A stretch of 63,284 bases of DNA, filler included, from Atractiella rhizophila (lineage: Eukaryota): assembly GCA_021432655.1 (NCBI GenBank). It is 23 parts of 23 records of this genome, joined end to end, with 100 filler letters (N's around TTAATTAATTAA, not from the genome) between each part and the next. Parts side by side here need not be neighbours in the genome. Positions count along the whole stretch, not along the records: positions 49,906 to 52,533 come from MU272649.1; positions 52,634 to 55,233 come from MU272651.1; positions 55,334 to 57,925 come from MU272652.1; positions 58,026 to 60,615 come from MU272653.1; positions 60,716 to 63,284 come from MU272654.1; 18 more parts are not named here. One strand, written 5' to 3'. A model generated the notes under the pieces. The model ran no database searches, had not been told where the DNA came from, and worked only from the letters and a program-made list of their open reading frames with translations. Shown piece after piece: positions 49,906 through 61,904 of the stretch. The stretch's first letter is position 1. The number at the start of each line of letters is the position of its first letter. A program made the translations under genes and the position numbers.

Positions 49906-51780
49906 AGGGCTGGTCACGCTCGTTGGACCTTGCAAATCTCCCTGACCTGCCAGCTGTGATTGCCAAGATTCGGAGGTACATCGAAGAGGAGTGGGATGGA
50001 ACAGGATGGGTAGAAGGCCAGGGATGGTATGAACAGAGCTGGGAAGGATGGACAGGCGGCTTCCCAAACAAAGTGCGTTACCTGCTTCTAACGCAAACCC
50101 TCTTACGATCCTACAACATAATAACGTGGAAACTTGGGACAGACTCATCTTGATGCCGATCCCGTTCTCAGAAGAGTCCCCATCATTTTGAGCAGGAAGG
50201 ACCTCCACGCGTTCTGGGTCAATAGCAAAGTCATCGAGCTAACTGGGAAGCTGCCCGACAAAGTAGAAGGCGGCGAGGTGTTGCGAGACTCCAACGGCGT
50301 TCCTACCGGTTCGTCCATTACTGTTTGATATATGGAGGAGAAAGGTAAGAGGGTTCGAGAATAGGGATATTCCTGGACCAAGCTTCAACCCTCTTACCTA
50401 AACCAGAGTGGTCGGAATCCACAAAACGGGCTTTCTTCCTACGCGCTGCTGAAGAAGCGCTCAAAGTCGGTGTGACAAAGTGTCATGATGCCATGACTTC
50501 TGAGGAAGAGATAGGATACTACAAAAAGTGCGTCACCACCACCCAGGTTGCTATGCAGCAACTGATCGAAATTGTCTAGATGGGCAGAAGAGGGTATTCT
50601 ACCTGTCAGTCTCCGTATCTGAATCGACAGATAAACTAATCGTACTGTGATATCGGCAGATGCGCATGTACTTAATGGCTAATCGAGTGTCGGGGACCGG
50701 ATATTGGGGTAAGATACCCAAATTGCATAACTACGGGAAAGATGGGCGTCTGAATCTGCGCGCCATCAAGCTCGTTGGCGACGGTGAGCCCTTTGCCGCT
50801 TATCCTTCTTTCTGTTGACTTGCACGAATAAAAGGCTCTCTTGGATCTTGCTCTGCCGTCATGTATGAGCCGTTCCAAGATGTCAATACAACTGGTTTCT
50901 TCCGAGTTCCTTTAGAGGAGATGCAGGAGTTCGTACCGAGGTTTTTCGAAGACGGTTGGCAGGTTGTGAGTGCTCCCTCATTTCTTTAAATTTGAGGGAC
51001 CGATGATTCCACTCAGAATATCCATGCCATTGGGGACCGTGCGAATTCAGAAGTGCTTTCTATCTTCGAGAAAGAGCTACAGGGGAAAGGACGGGATCCG
51101 AAGAAGTTCAGACCAAGAATCGAACATGTGCAGATTATGAGGGAGCAGGATTTTCCACGTCTTGGAAAGAGTGGTGTCATCGCGTCGATCCAGCCTACTC
51201 ATGCCACAAGTGACATGGCACGTCTTCTCTTTATTTTTTTCGTTCGCTTATTTCCACAACAGGCATATGCAGAAAAGAGACTCGGGTTCGAGCGGGCCAA
51301 GGGTACCTACGCTTTCCGCAAGATGATCAAGTTCATTTTTCCCAATCCTGCTTGGCTGTGACCTGATTGGCCCTCAATAGTGCGGGAGCACCGATAACAC
51401 TCGGTTCTGACTTTCCAGTTGAATCCAATAACCCCCTCGTTACGTTCTATGCCGCGATAACGCGCCTGACTGCGGAAGGAGTAAGCGCTTCTTTGTCCCA
51501 TCCATTCCAAATCCAACCAATTTTCCAGACATCACCGCATGGACCTGGGGGATGGTTTCCGGACCAACGCCTAACGCGAGAGGAAACCATAAAAGGTCTG
51601 ACGCTGGACCCAGCCTATGCCTCGTTCAGCGAAGATGAGTTGGGGAGCATTAAGGAAGGGAAGAAGGCGGACTTCGTCATCTGGAGTAGAGATTTAATGA
51701 CTGTTCCCGTTAATGAGATCCTGGGGACAAAGGTGCTCGCCACGGTAGTTGATGGTGAGATCCAATACGGAGAGCTGTAA
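49906..51780 (+). CDS. Amidohydrolase_3 (YtcJ-like) metal-dependent hydrolase, 5' truncated
   Basis: DLHAFWVNS, IHAIGDRAN, RIEHVQ, SIQPTHATSDM, GSDFPVE, GSIKEGKKADFV; many introns. Confidence 0.93.
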
Positions 51781-52103
51781 AGTGGCAGTATTTATCATAA
51801 TCTTATTGCAACACTGGAAATGCTGTCACCCTTGGCAATTCCAGATGGCCATAGAATATGCGTTTGCTGCCTCAGGCCCCGAATATTGAATCTTTGCAGC
51901 CACAGCTTCTTACGCCACTCGCGTTGTGTGATGAGGTGAAAGAAAAGAAATACTTTATTTCTACAATGGTACACTAATATTGCATATTCATCGTCAACTG
52001 CACTAGTCATCCAAAAAGAAGCACAAAACGGATCTACGAATCTAGGTATACACTGACAACTTGTCCCAATCCACAACGACCCAAAATCTCACTCCCTTCT
52101 CTG

Positions 52104-52533
52104 TTAGAGAAAAACGTTCCCGCTCTTGAATCCCATCGCAATTCTGACGACCACTCTGAGAGCCTCCCTTACAAGCTCTTTCCTCTCGTCTTCATCTAAT
52201 CCCTCGCATTGTCGATCTCCCGCCAGGTCCTCCGCAACAGAATCCACCAAACCCTTAGTCTTATCCTCATGGAAACTTAATAGCAGCCGCTTAAGCAGTA
52301 ATTTCCATTGCTCGTCGTCTAATAACCGTTTCGCCCTTTCGAGAAACTGCACAACAGCCAACGCGGTTATGTCGGAAGGTACAACAGAGTTCGGTGTGGT
52401 ATATCGTTTCTCAATGGGCCAGGGAACCTCAAAAAAGTGCATCTTCTCCCCGGAAACATGCAGTGGGCGAGAAAGAAAATCAATATATCTCCCCAACAGC
52501 TGCTCGAAGTTTTCTCCACGGCGTGGAATAAGC
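52104..52533 (-). CDS. C-terminal fragment of an unknown protein with a PWP...FHEDK motif
   Basis: EVPWP and LLLSFHEDK resemble the fungal IPWP...WHPDK J-like helical domain. Confidence 0.5.
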
Positions 52534-52633
52534 NNNNNNNNNNNNNNNNNNNNNNNNNNNNNNNNNNNNNNNNNNNNTTAATTAATTAANNNNNNNNNNN
52601 NNNNNNNNNNNNNNNNNNNNNNNNNNNNNNNNN

Positions 52634-55233
52634 AGCTCCAGCAATTCTTCAATCACCACATGTTCGTTCTTGAGCAAGAGGAGTATGCACGTGAATCTAT
52701 TGAATGGGATTTCGTCAACTTTGGCCTTGATCTTCAACCAACTATCGACCTCATCGAATCCACCCACCCCGTTATAGGGATCCTTAGTTGTCTTGATGAA
52801 GAATGCATCATGCCAAAGGCAACTGACAAAACGTTTGTTCAGAAACTGCACGACTTAGTCAAATCTCATGGAGAGCCGATCTCTACCAAGTACGCTCCTG
52901 CAAGATTTGACCAGGGATTCTCGGTCAAACACTATGCGGGGACGGTGGAGTATCGCACGGATGGATGGCTAGAGAAGAATAAGGATCCTCTCAACGACAA
53001 CCTGACATCTCTTCTCGCCAATTCCTCCGACCGCTACGTGGCGACTCTTTTTGCTGAATACGGGGATGATGCTGAAGCGAACTCGTGGACGGCGAAGAGG
53101 CGGAAGAAAAGGGGGGCATTCAGGACCGTTGCTCAAAGACATAAGGAGCAGCTGCATTCTCTGATGACCCAGCTCCATGCTACGCAACCACATTTCGTCC
53201 GTTGTATCGTTCCAAACTCGGAGAAAAAACCTGGGAAGATGGATGTCCCTCTCGTTCTCGATCAACTGCGATGCAACGGTGTTCTGGAAGGTATCAGAAT
53301 CGCCAGACTCGGCTATCCCAACCGCCTGCCCTTCATCGAATTCCGGCAACGATACGAAGTCCTAACTCCTGGTATAATACCGAATGGTTACATGGACGGA
53401 CGAGAAGCATGTCTACGAATGGTCAATCACCTAGAGCTTGATAAAGACACGTTCAAGATTGGTCTTTCCAAAATCTTCTTTAAGGCCGGTATTCTCGCCG
53501 AACTCGAAGAGCGAAGGGACGAACATCTTTACGACATTTTCTCGCGGATTCAGGCTGCGTGTCTCAAATTCAGTGCAAGAAGACAGATAAAGAAGATCTT
53601 GAATCGCGCTGCTGCCGTTCGGACGATCCAGCGCAATGCTAGAATTTATATCGCTCTTCGTTCGTGGCCGTGGTGGCAGCTGTACACGCGAGTCCGTCCC
53701 CTCCTGGCTGCAACTCGCAATGACGAGGAACTCAAACGGAAAGAGTTGGAACTTGCCATGGTGAAGGAAAGGGCAGAGCGGGACGAAGTCGAGAAGAAGA
53801 AACTTCAAGAGTTACGCTCGCAGCTAGAGCAGGACATGAAGAAGATGCAGGTAGATCTAGAAAGTGAAAGGTCATTGGCTCAGGAGAAGCACAATTCTCT
53901 AGCACATGCTAAACAAAGAGAAGCGGAACTGGTGGAGGAAATGACGATTATGCAACAAGATCTAGACACGCTTGAGAATCAACTAGAGCGGGCGATCATT
54001 GCACAGACGAACGGCCAAAAGCAGTATCAAGAGATGAAGGACGCCTTCGATCAAGCTGCTCAACGCCTGTTGGAATTGGAACAAGCTCGCCACGAATGGG
54101 CTCAGCAAGAGATTGTATTGAAAAATGAAGCAGCGTCAAAAACTTCTGACTGGGAAAAGATTGCGAACGAGCGCGATTCCCTCTGTCAAGAAATCAAAGA
54201 GAGGGAAATTAAACTGTTGTCTCTTCAGCAAGATTTCGAAAGAATCCAGAGACGTGCAGAGCTTTCAATCAAGGAGGCAGAAGCGAGACTGGCTGCGGAG
54301 ATCGAGCGTTCCGGAAAGCATCGTTTACGTGTCGATGGCTTGCAGAACGATCTCATAGCTACGAAAGAGCAGTTGGCTCAGATGACTCGGTCCAACTCCA
54401 GTTACGAAACATCGCTAAAGACCAAGGATGCTGAATTTTTGTCATTGCAGAATCGGCTAAGCAGCCTTACGAAGGATCACAATTTGGCGGTCAGGCAGCA
54501 AAAGGAATGGGAAGCGCGAGCAAACGAGCTCTCGCAACAAGTCGATGGACGAACAACAGAGCTCAAACACGCTGAAGAGGCCAAATTTGATTTAGCGAAA
54601 GAGGTAGACGGTCTACGTACGTTGATTGACGCTAAAGCTTCTGAGGATGAGAAGCAGAAGCAAGGTATGTTGATTTGAACTCCTACAGGACGCAACCTGA
54701 CATCTATTCAGTGACTCTGCAGAAGGATCAGGAAATCAGGCAGCTTCGTCAGCAAATTTCCGATTTGTCTACAGAATTCGCTACTTTGAAGCAAGAACAC
54801 TCCTCCGCTCGGGTAGATTTGCAGACCATTCAACAAGAGCTTCAGACAACTGCGAAATCTTTACTCGATCAGACGAAGGCGTTGGAGGAGAAGACAAGCA
54901 AGCTTGCAGATACCGAACGTCTTCTGCAAAAGGCCGACGGGTCACGCAAGGCTGTCGAAGTAGAGCTGCAAGAAGTACGGGTTAAACATCTAGAAGCCAC
55001 CAGCGAGCTTGAAAACACGCGCAAAGAACGTCAAGCACTTGAGCGGCAGCTTGCGGCTTCACTGTCCAAATCCCAGGATCTTGAAGATGCAATCATCAAG
55101 ATAGAGCAGGAGCGAAATCAGTATGGGATCGAACTCGAGAGCCTCCGAACCAAACTATCTGCCGAAACCACAAAGTTGCGTCAGCTTGAGACTCACAAAA
55201 GGCAAGCTGATGATGACTTGGACGAGCTGAAGA
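52634..55233 (+). CDS. Type II myosin heavy chain (end of motor domain, IQ region, coiled-coil tail), internal fragment
   Basis: LQQFFNHHMFVLEQEEY, KHYAG, WLEKNKDPLN, PHFVRCIVPN, QLRCNGVLEGIRI, IQRN...WPWWQLY and a long heptad tail. Confidence 0.97.
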
Positions 55234-55333
55234 NNNNNNNNNNNNNNNNNNNNNNNNNNNNNNNNNNNNNNNNNNNNTTAATTAATTAANNNNNNNNNNN
55301 NNNNNNNNNNNNNNNNNNNNNNNNNNNNNNNNN

Positions 55334-55638
55334 CGGCTTGAGCTTCAGGGAGGGACACTATATCTGCGAAGCCCTCGCCGAGACGGGTCTCTTGGTCGCT
55401 GTGGATATCATGGTTTGTTGTTTCAAATGCAACGTTTGAAAGATGAGCTGATTGCTATGACATGGAATAGGAGGTCAACCCGTCCCTCGAAGATGCGAAA
55501 GCTGTCCAGCAGACTGTTAGCGTAGGAAGAAGTTTGGTGAGATGTGCTTTGGGTACGTGTCACTTTTATCTTTTCCCTTCCTGACAATGTGACGCTGAAC
55601 ATATTCTTTTACGCTGGTTAGGTGAAACCCTTCTGTAA
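55334..55638 (+). CDS. CAR1: Arginase, extreme 3' part (copy B)
   Basis: [12 protein letters not shown]...GETLL*; nearly identical to 47594-47897. Confidence 0.93.
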
Positions 55639-55799
55639 TTCCAGTGTTCAGTGGAAAAATGAAGGAGAAACGCTATCGTTATTTGCATTCAACTGCATCG
55701 TGTAACACAGTTTCTGTTCACCGCAACCACAATAGTATACAGCAAATGAGGATGACACTGACAAACATCTGATTCCGACTACGAACGCAGCCTTCCCTT

Positions 55800-56903
55800 T
55801 CAGTCCATCTCTGAGCAGAATGAATTTTTCAACTTGACTTCCACACCGTTGTGAACCATCATCCGTAACAAGATCTCCTCATCCTCCTCACGTGCTCTTC
55901 CTTCAAAGTCTACCTCTATCTCCTCTAGCGCTCCCCTCCCTTTCCTCAACCCCCCTAAAAAGCGCCGTTGAATCTTCAAGATCCTCAACTTTGTACAACT
56001 CCTGATGATAGTCTCGAGGAAAGTTGATGCCACTCTGGCGAGCTCCCTCTCACTCAAATAATCATGCACCCTCAGCTGCAGCTCCTCCAAGTGTTCCAGG
56101 CCTGCAAGGGCGTCGCAGAGTAAGGAGAAAGAGCAATTGTCCTGCGTTTTCAACGTCACGTCTACCTTCTCGAGGGAAGGAGCGGAAGCGATCGCAGATT
56201 CGATGCGAAGAGAAGGACTATAAGCAGCCTCGTCGAGGATGAGTGATTTGAGTGTGGAAGTAAAGAAGAATGAAGGGTATGCTTGACGATATGGAAACAC
56301 CCGCATGGGGTTATTGATGTTGAGATGATAGAGCCATCCCTGTCCTGCCTCTTCCGGGTTCCCCGAATGTGAGGCCGAGAGGTTTAATGGTGTACTACAT
56401 TGAGTGGTCATGCTCAGCTTTTGAGGGCGACGCAGGACGACGGCATTCCACAGCGAGGTGTGGCCTATGTGCACCTTGTTGACATCTACCTTTTCCACCC
56501 TCTCCGTCAACTCAACAATAGATGCAACCACATTCAGATAATCCCTCGCGGTTTCCGACCAACTCAAAACCTCGGGAACCGTAATCTTCCTCACTGCATT
56601 AGCCAACCATGGGGAGGAGGCGAGTTGGGAGTGACATGATTGGATGTGGGTCTGAGAGATGGGCAAGTCGAGTGAGCGGACGAGAACTGGGAGGCAGATG
56701 GAATGGAATTGGCGTGAAACAAAGAGCATAGTGTGGAGTTCAGGCGAAGAGAGGTAGATGGCTATCAGATGGACTACGTCGAGACAGACTCGTGGTTGCG
56801 TGCTCGTCACACAACTACACCTCAGCTGATTAGCATGGACCGCTCTTTTGCAGCAAGAAGGAGGTTTGGTACCATTTCGAACCAGGTGTCTTGTATAAAC
56901 CAT
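55800..56903 (-). CDS. F-box-like / Leu-rich protein, 367 aa (copy B)
   Basis: Same length as 48068-49171, about 22 amino-acid differences by manual count. Confidence 0.72.
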   Translation of the reverse strand: MVYTRHLVRNGTKPPSCCKRAVHANQLRCSCVTSTQPRVCLDVVHLIAIYLSSPELHTMLFVSRQFHSICLPVLVRSLDLPISQTHIQSCHSQLASSPWLANAVRKITVPEVLSWSETARDYLNVVASIVELTERVEKVDVNKVHIGHTSLWNAVVLRRPQKLSMTTQCSTPLNLSASHSGNPEEAGQGWLYHLNINNPMRVFPYRQAYPSFFFTSTLKSLILDEAAYSPSLRIESAIASAPSLEKVDVTLKTQDNCSFSLLCDALAGLEHLEELQLRVHDYLSERELARVASTFLETIIRSCTKLRILKIQRRFLGGLRKGRGALEEIEVDFEGRAREEDEEILLRMMVHNGVEVKLKNSFCSEMD

Positions 56904-58357
56904 TCATCTTTCCAGTTCGATGTCACAGCGAATCCCATCGTCCCATATTACCACCGTTTATATAATAACGTTTCCCCGTCCCGAACTGAAGCTGTCGGCG
57001 CTTGTCCGGCGTAACTCCTCGCCTTGCGCAACTTGGATGGACATAGAAGCCTCTGTACCACATCAGGCCGCGCGGTTGTCGCTTTCGTACTCTCATCTGT
57101 ACTACAACCAACCTAACCCTGGGCCATGGTGTCAGCTCGAGTTGAACCTGGATTACCACAAACGGCGAGAAGGAGATATGATATGTTTGCCAGAAGTTCC
57201 ATGTCAGGAGAAGTCTACAGAAGAACAATTCGAAAAACGCTGGACTTTTTTGGCAGAGAATGAAGCTCCGGGCTGGTTCACTGGAGATTGGAAAGCAACC
57301 TAAGGGCAAGAGAAAATTAAAAAGATAATGGATTGTGGAGGATTGTGAGTAAGAAAAGGTGCAGACCAGCTTTGTCAAAAGGTTTGAAGTGGATCCAGCC
57401 GAGGTTGCACTCTTTCGCACTATCTCAAAGCGATATCTTGTGGTCAAAAGACTTCGGCACGGAAAGGAGAGGGCAAAGCTTCAGCCACCACCACCACCCA
57501 CCGAGCTTCATGACCATGCTCGCCAGAGAGGTAACGGCTTTATGCCTGTCAGACAGATATATCGGCAATTATATGATGCACGAAGAGAGAACTGCATGTG
57601 GAAAGTCTCCAGCAAAAGCAAAACCCTCCATTTTGCACTTTGCCTGTGCAGTACTGAAAACTGAATGAATCAAGACTCTGGTATCCAACTTCCAAGTCGC
57701 GAGAGTAGACACTCACCCTATCGCCCGCCTCAAATGCAGACGCTCACCACCTTCTCTATTTCGTCTTCGGCTTCTTCTTTTTAGGAAGACCAGCCATCAT
57801 CATTCGCTCTTTCTTCTTTAATGTTCCAATGGCCACTGTTCCATTCCGGACCGCCTTCCGAAACCTCCTACTTCCACCAATCTTCACCACATCCACATCC
57901 TTCTGTTTTCCCCAATCCCTCCATANNNNNNNNNNNNNNNNNNNNNNNNNNNNNNNNNNNNNNNNNNNNTTAATTAATTAANNNNNNNNNNNNNNNNNNN
58001 NNNNNNNNNNNNNNNNNNNNNNNNNACGTCATTCGGGGCCAGTTGTATGAGTTTGCGATGTCGAAAGGAGGCTGGGATCGAAAGGAGGAAGGTGAGCCGG
58101 ATTGGGAGGATTATTACACGATGGAGAGTGATGCGGCAGAGGGTAGCGAAGAGGATTAAAAATATGCCATTCATTCTTGTGCATATTCAACATTCTCACT
58201 CGCTTTCTCGTCAAGTATTGGCATAGAGCGGTGCAACTTGTACATAGAATTGCTTGTATATGATCATTAGGTATATAACATTTAGTATATCTTTCCTAGC
58301 AGTCAAAAAGCGCGAAAGCGAAGCAAGAAACGGAAAAGGAGGATACGGTTTGGCAAA

Positions 58358-58610
58358 GCCTCCACCTAGGCTTTATGTCGCCTGGAGGAGTCAACATGTG
58401 TTCGAGGAGGACCACGGAGGCTGCTGGAGGCATGGAGGCGAAGGAGGACCGCTGAATCCGCGTCCCTCCAGGAGGCGAATGGATTCCTAGTGCCCGCCTC
58501 CAGGGGCCTCTAGATTCCTGCCGCGTGCCTCCTATCTGCGGTTTCCTTCAACTCCCTCGAATGCCTCCTCGCCCCTCCGGGCGGCGAATTGAGGAGAAAA
58601 GACATTTCTA
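58358..58610. repeat. GC-rich imperfect fold-back element (GGAGG/CCTCC arrays), possibly a MITE or transposon end
   Basis: GGAGG is repeated in the left half (58384-58480) and CCTCC in the right half (58465-58580), with TCGCC/GGCGA near the ends. Confidence 0.5.
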
Positions 58611-59260
58611 CTGATGGTTGAACCAGTCGCAGGCGAATTGTCGAACTCAGTTTCGTACCTTTTAACTCGTCAACCCTACTTCCCTTCACATTATAAATTT
58701 GATGAGCAGCCAGTAACATCTTGCCAGGTCGGCTGGTGTCGTGCTGAGGCCGAGATGGTTCAGCTTTCATCGCATACGGTTGCAACTACCCAGGTACATT
58801 ATGATCTGATCTCTCATCAGCTCCTCTTGTCATCCTGTTCTATCTGATAACGATGCACAGGAACTGGCCCTTGTCAATGTCATTGTTCCATCATGGTCTC
58901 CCAAGTTACTCAATCTGTCCATTCTTCCCTCATTCCTATCTCGCCTGCCTCCGTCCATTCACACGCTCCACATCACTTTCAGATTTGCCTTATCCGTTGA
59001 CTGCTATATGAGGCAGTGGATGGCGGGGTTGTTCTATCCTTCCCTGGAATCCCTCTGGCATTCGCATGACACTTGGGTAAAAAATGGCGGCGTGGGGAGT
59101 GTCTGCATTACCGTCGGCTGGGAAGTGACAGTAACCTTTGGGGATGCTTCATTTGTCGGCTCGGATGGGCAAACACTGATAAAACTCTTCACCCGCACGT
59201 TTCCTCTGCTTCCAGAAAATCGTTTTCGAGCCATCTTCACCTCCATCGGCCGATTCGGAA

Positions 59261-60476
59261 ATGACGACCTCTTCGTCCCTTTTATGGAAGGGAATCATCA
59301 TCGTCCCTCAACCACAGTGATGCCACCATTATCCAGCTCTCATTACCCCTCCCTTCTGGCGTTTGCTTTATATCGCGCCTACCGATCGAGCTCCTCTCCC
59401 TCATCTTCGAATTCCTTACAGCTATCGAAGCCTTTGTACGACCCCCCTCGTCGGGTGTCGTAATGAATACAACCTCCATCCTAGGTCAAGTCTGTCGGCT
59501 CTGGAGGCTTGTTTCCGTGCCGCATTACACACCTAAAAGTGTGATGGGGAAGCTTGCTCGTTTGAAACTCTGTTCTAGTGCTGGACGCCTGTGGAGGGAT
59601 CTGTCATTTCATCAAGATATCAGCGTGAAGATGGCAAGAGAACTCATTGGAGGTTCGCCGAATGTTCGGCAAATCCATCTGCGGGCATTCTGGAATGAAG
59701 AAGAGGCGAAAATAGTGTTGAATGCAATTGAAGGCTTGACAAGGGTGCAAGGGGTAGCCTTTGGAGGTCTGGGCCGGAGAAAGTGGAGGAAGGAGGAGGT
59801 TGACAATTTTGTTCTGAGGATGAAGGGAAGGATCAAATGGTTCTACGTCCAGGATGTGGAGGACAGTTACTCCTCAAATACCACTTCAGGATCAGCACCC
59901 CTTCAATTTCCTCCTGGCTTCCAGTCCTTATCACTCGATAGGTACCCGCCTGTTGCATCGCTCTCTCTTCCACACACCCTCTTGCGCTTGCATCTCTTCA
60001 ATATATGTCCACTTCCTCCATCCATCTCAGGCTCCGCTCTGCCGCCGCTTCTAGAATCTCTCTCACTCAAACTTGCGCCTTTCGCAGTTGATGGAACTAC
60101 GTCCATCCTTCCCGTCCCGCTCGACTTATCACACCTCACCCAGCTCACTTACTTGTCCCTTGATGGTGGCGCGGAATCCTCAAACCTGGTTTCCCGCCAG
60201 TTCTTCTGCACTCTCAAAAACGCAAAGGCGATAGAGGAAATACATCTTAGTTACTGTATCATGGACTGGATCGGTTTCCCGGAATTCATTCGCTGGTTCT
60301 TTGGGGTTCGGATAAAGAAAGTCGAGGAGAACGAGACCAGGGTTTTACGGGTTGCTTTATTCTTCGGAGAGTGGCCCGAGGAGGAGATCGTCATTGCACG
60401 GAAGGCGATAGAGGACTTTGACACGAGCGAAGAGGACGAAGCGTCAGGGGTCTGGGAGTCTGACGAGAGCTCGTGA
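59261..60476 (+). CDS. F-box plus Leu-rich protein of a lineage-expanded type; 1-nt frameshift near the start
   Basis: The frame of ORF 59463 extends upstream through SRLPIELLSLIFEFL...ILGQVCRLWR (F-box). ATG 59261 comes into frame if one T is removed from TTTT at 59280-59283. Confidence 0.75.
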
Positions 60477-60715
60477 CGAACTCGGTACCCTGCAGTTTGG
60501 CAAAATCGTACTATATAAAGAAATTTTTCTAGAACCAGTCCAAAACAAGAGCACATCTGTCCTTCCTCGACTAGTGATCATTATCCTCCCAACTCTGGGA
60601 CTAGAAACCGCGCTANNNNNNNNNNNNNNNNNNNNNNNNNNNNNNNNNNNNNNNNNNNNTTAATTAATTAANNNNNNNNNNNNNNNNNNNNNNNNNNNNN
60701 NNNNNNNNNNNNNNN

Positions 60716-61904
60716 TCCTTCTGTCCTTCTCCAAAGGTGGGCGAATGCGTGAGGAGGAAGTCGTTGACAAAGCTCTGCAACTCCGCTGTCCAGCCCGTCC
60801 GCCATTCATCAGCTGGCACACAAAAGAAAGAGACCGAGGAAAGCGGACCATTGCTCCAATCTGCATCAGGTCTTCCGAATGCAGCATTACCTTCTGAATT
60901 CAAGTCTTGTGCGTTGCCACGAGCATTGAAAGGTGGGATGGACAAGTCGAGCCCCATTTCATTGGCTATAGTATAAAGTGCGTCATTGAAAGTGGCTTGC
61001 TCTCCCAGCTTCTCCTCCGTACTTTCAGGAGTATGAAGCGATCGCCCGTCGTCGGACTGGGTTCTTGAGGTTGACGTTGAACTGCCGGACCCTGTGCTCC
61101 ACTGTCGACTGACGATGTTCTTGGACGGTGGATCGAGTGAAGCGAAGTCTGGAAATGTTGAGAGGGGGGAGGCGAGAATGGGAGAGGTAGTGAGTGATTT
61201 CGGGGAGAGGTCGATGGGAGCTAGTGAGAGCGAGAGAGACTGCTGATTGGCTGACGAGGCAATTGTGGTGGTGGCTGGAAGTGAGGATTGGGAGGGAGGA
61301 AAGGGTAAGGAATCCGCTGCTCCTCCGTTGTAAGCGAGGAGGATCTGATAAGACTGAATCTCTAGGAGTCGTTCCAGTTCCGCTACACGATCGAGGCATT
61401 AGAACCGAGATCCAGTCGATGAAGCAAGGAGGGACAGCGGTACATACAGATCTTGCCTTCCAGCGACTTGATCCTCTCCGCCCTCTTCTCTCTCTCCTCC
61501 TGACCATCCTTCCTCGCTCCAGGGCTGGCACCCACACCGGGTTTTGCTCCACTTCCGAAGGAGACCTGAACGTATTCGCACACCACTTGGGAGGGATCGA
61601 GGCCGCGAGAGACGGCGTAACGGAGGCAGGTGTGACAGCGTGGTTTCTGCGCACCGCATTTGACTGTATTTCGCATTGTCAGAGGATGGAAACATGGCAA
61701 AGGGTAGGAAAGGAAGTAAGTACCCTTTCGAGTTCGGCAGGTCAGACAGGCTGGAAGAAACGTTGAGCGCGTGGCTATGAGAAGAGGGGAGAGCAAGCAG
61801 ACCTTCGTTTCTCTGAGAATGAACATCATGATCAGTGTTTGCGGTTTGGGATTGATTTTAAGATGGCAGGGAGGACTCACCTGAAGTGGTGGACGAGGGG
61901 GCAT
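60716..61904 (-). CDS. Zn(II)2Cys6 fungal transcription factor (3' truncated)
   Basis: Spliced N-terminus MPPRPPLQ/RNEA/CLTCRTRKV/KCGAQKPRCHTCLRYAVSRGLDPSQVVCEY, including a 10-nt exon, followed by coiled coil RIKSLEGKI. Confidence 0.88.

Larger units (their letters stand above)
55334..57535 (+). repeat. Duplicated segment, copy B (matches 47594-49805)
   Basis: Collinear near-identity with copy A. Confidence 0.97.

Noticed and set aside
49906..51780. YtcJ-like amidohydrolase as bacterial contamination or recent horizontal transfer
   Set aside because: It carries many spliceosomal introns, and the family is widespread in fungi.
2722..60715. Regularly spaced TTAATTAATTAA palindrome as a CRISPR-like array or biological repeat
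   Set aside because: It is always centred in exactly 44+44 Ns and is a six-frame-stop assembly linker.
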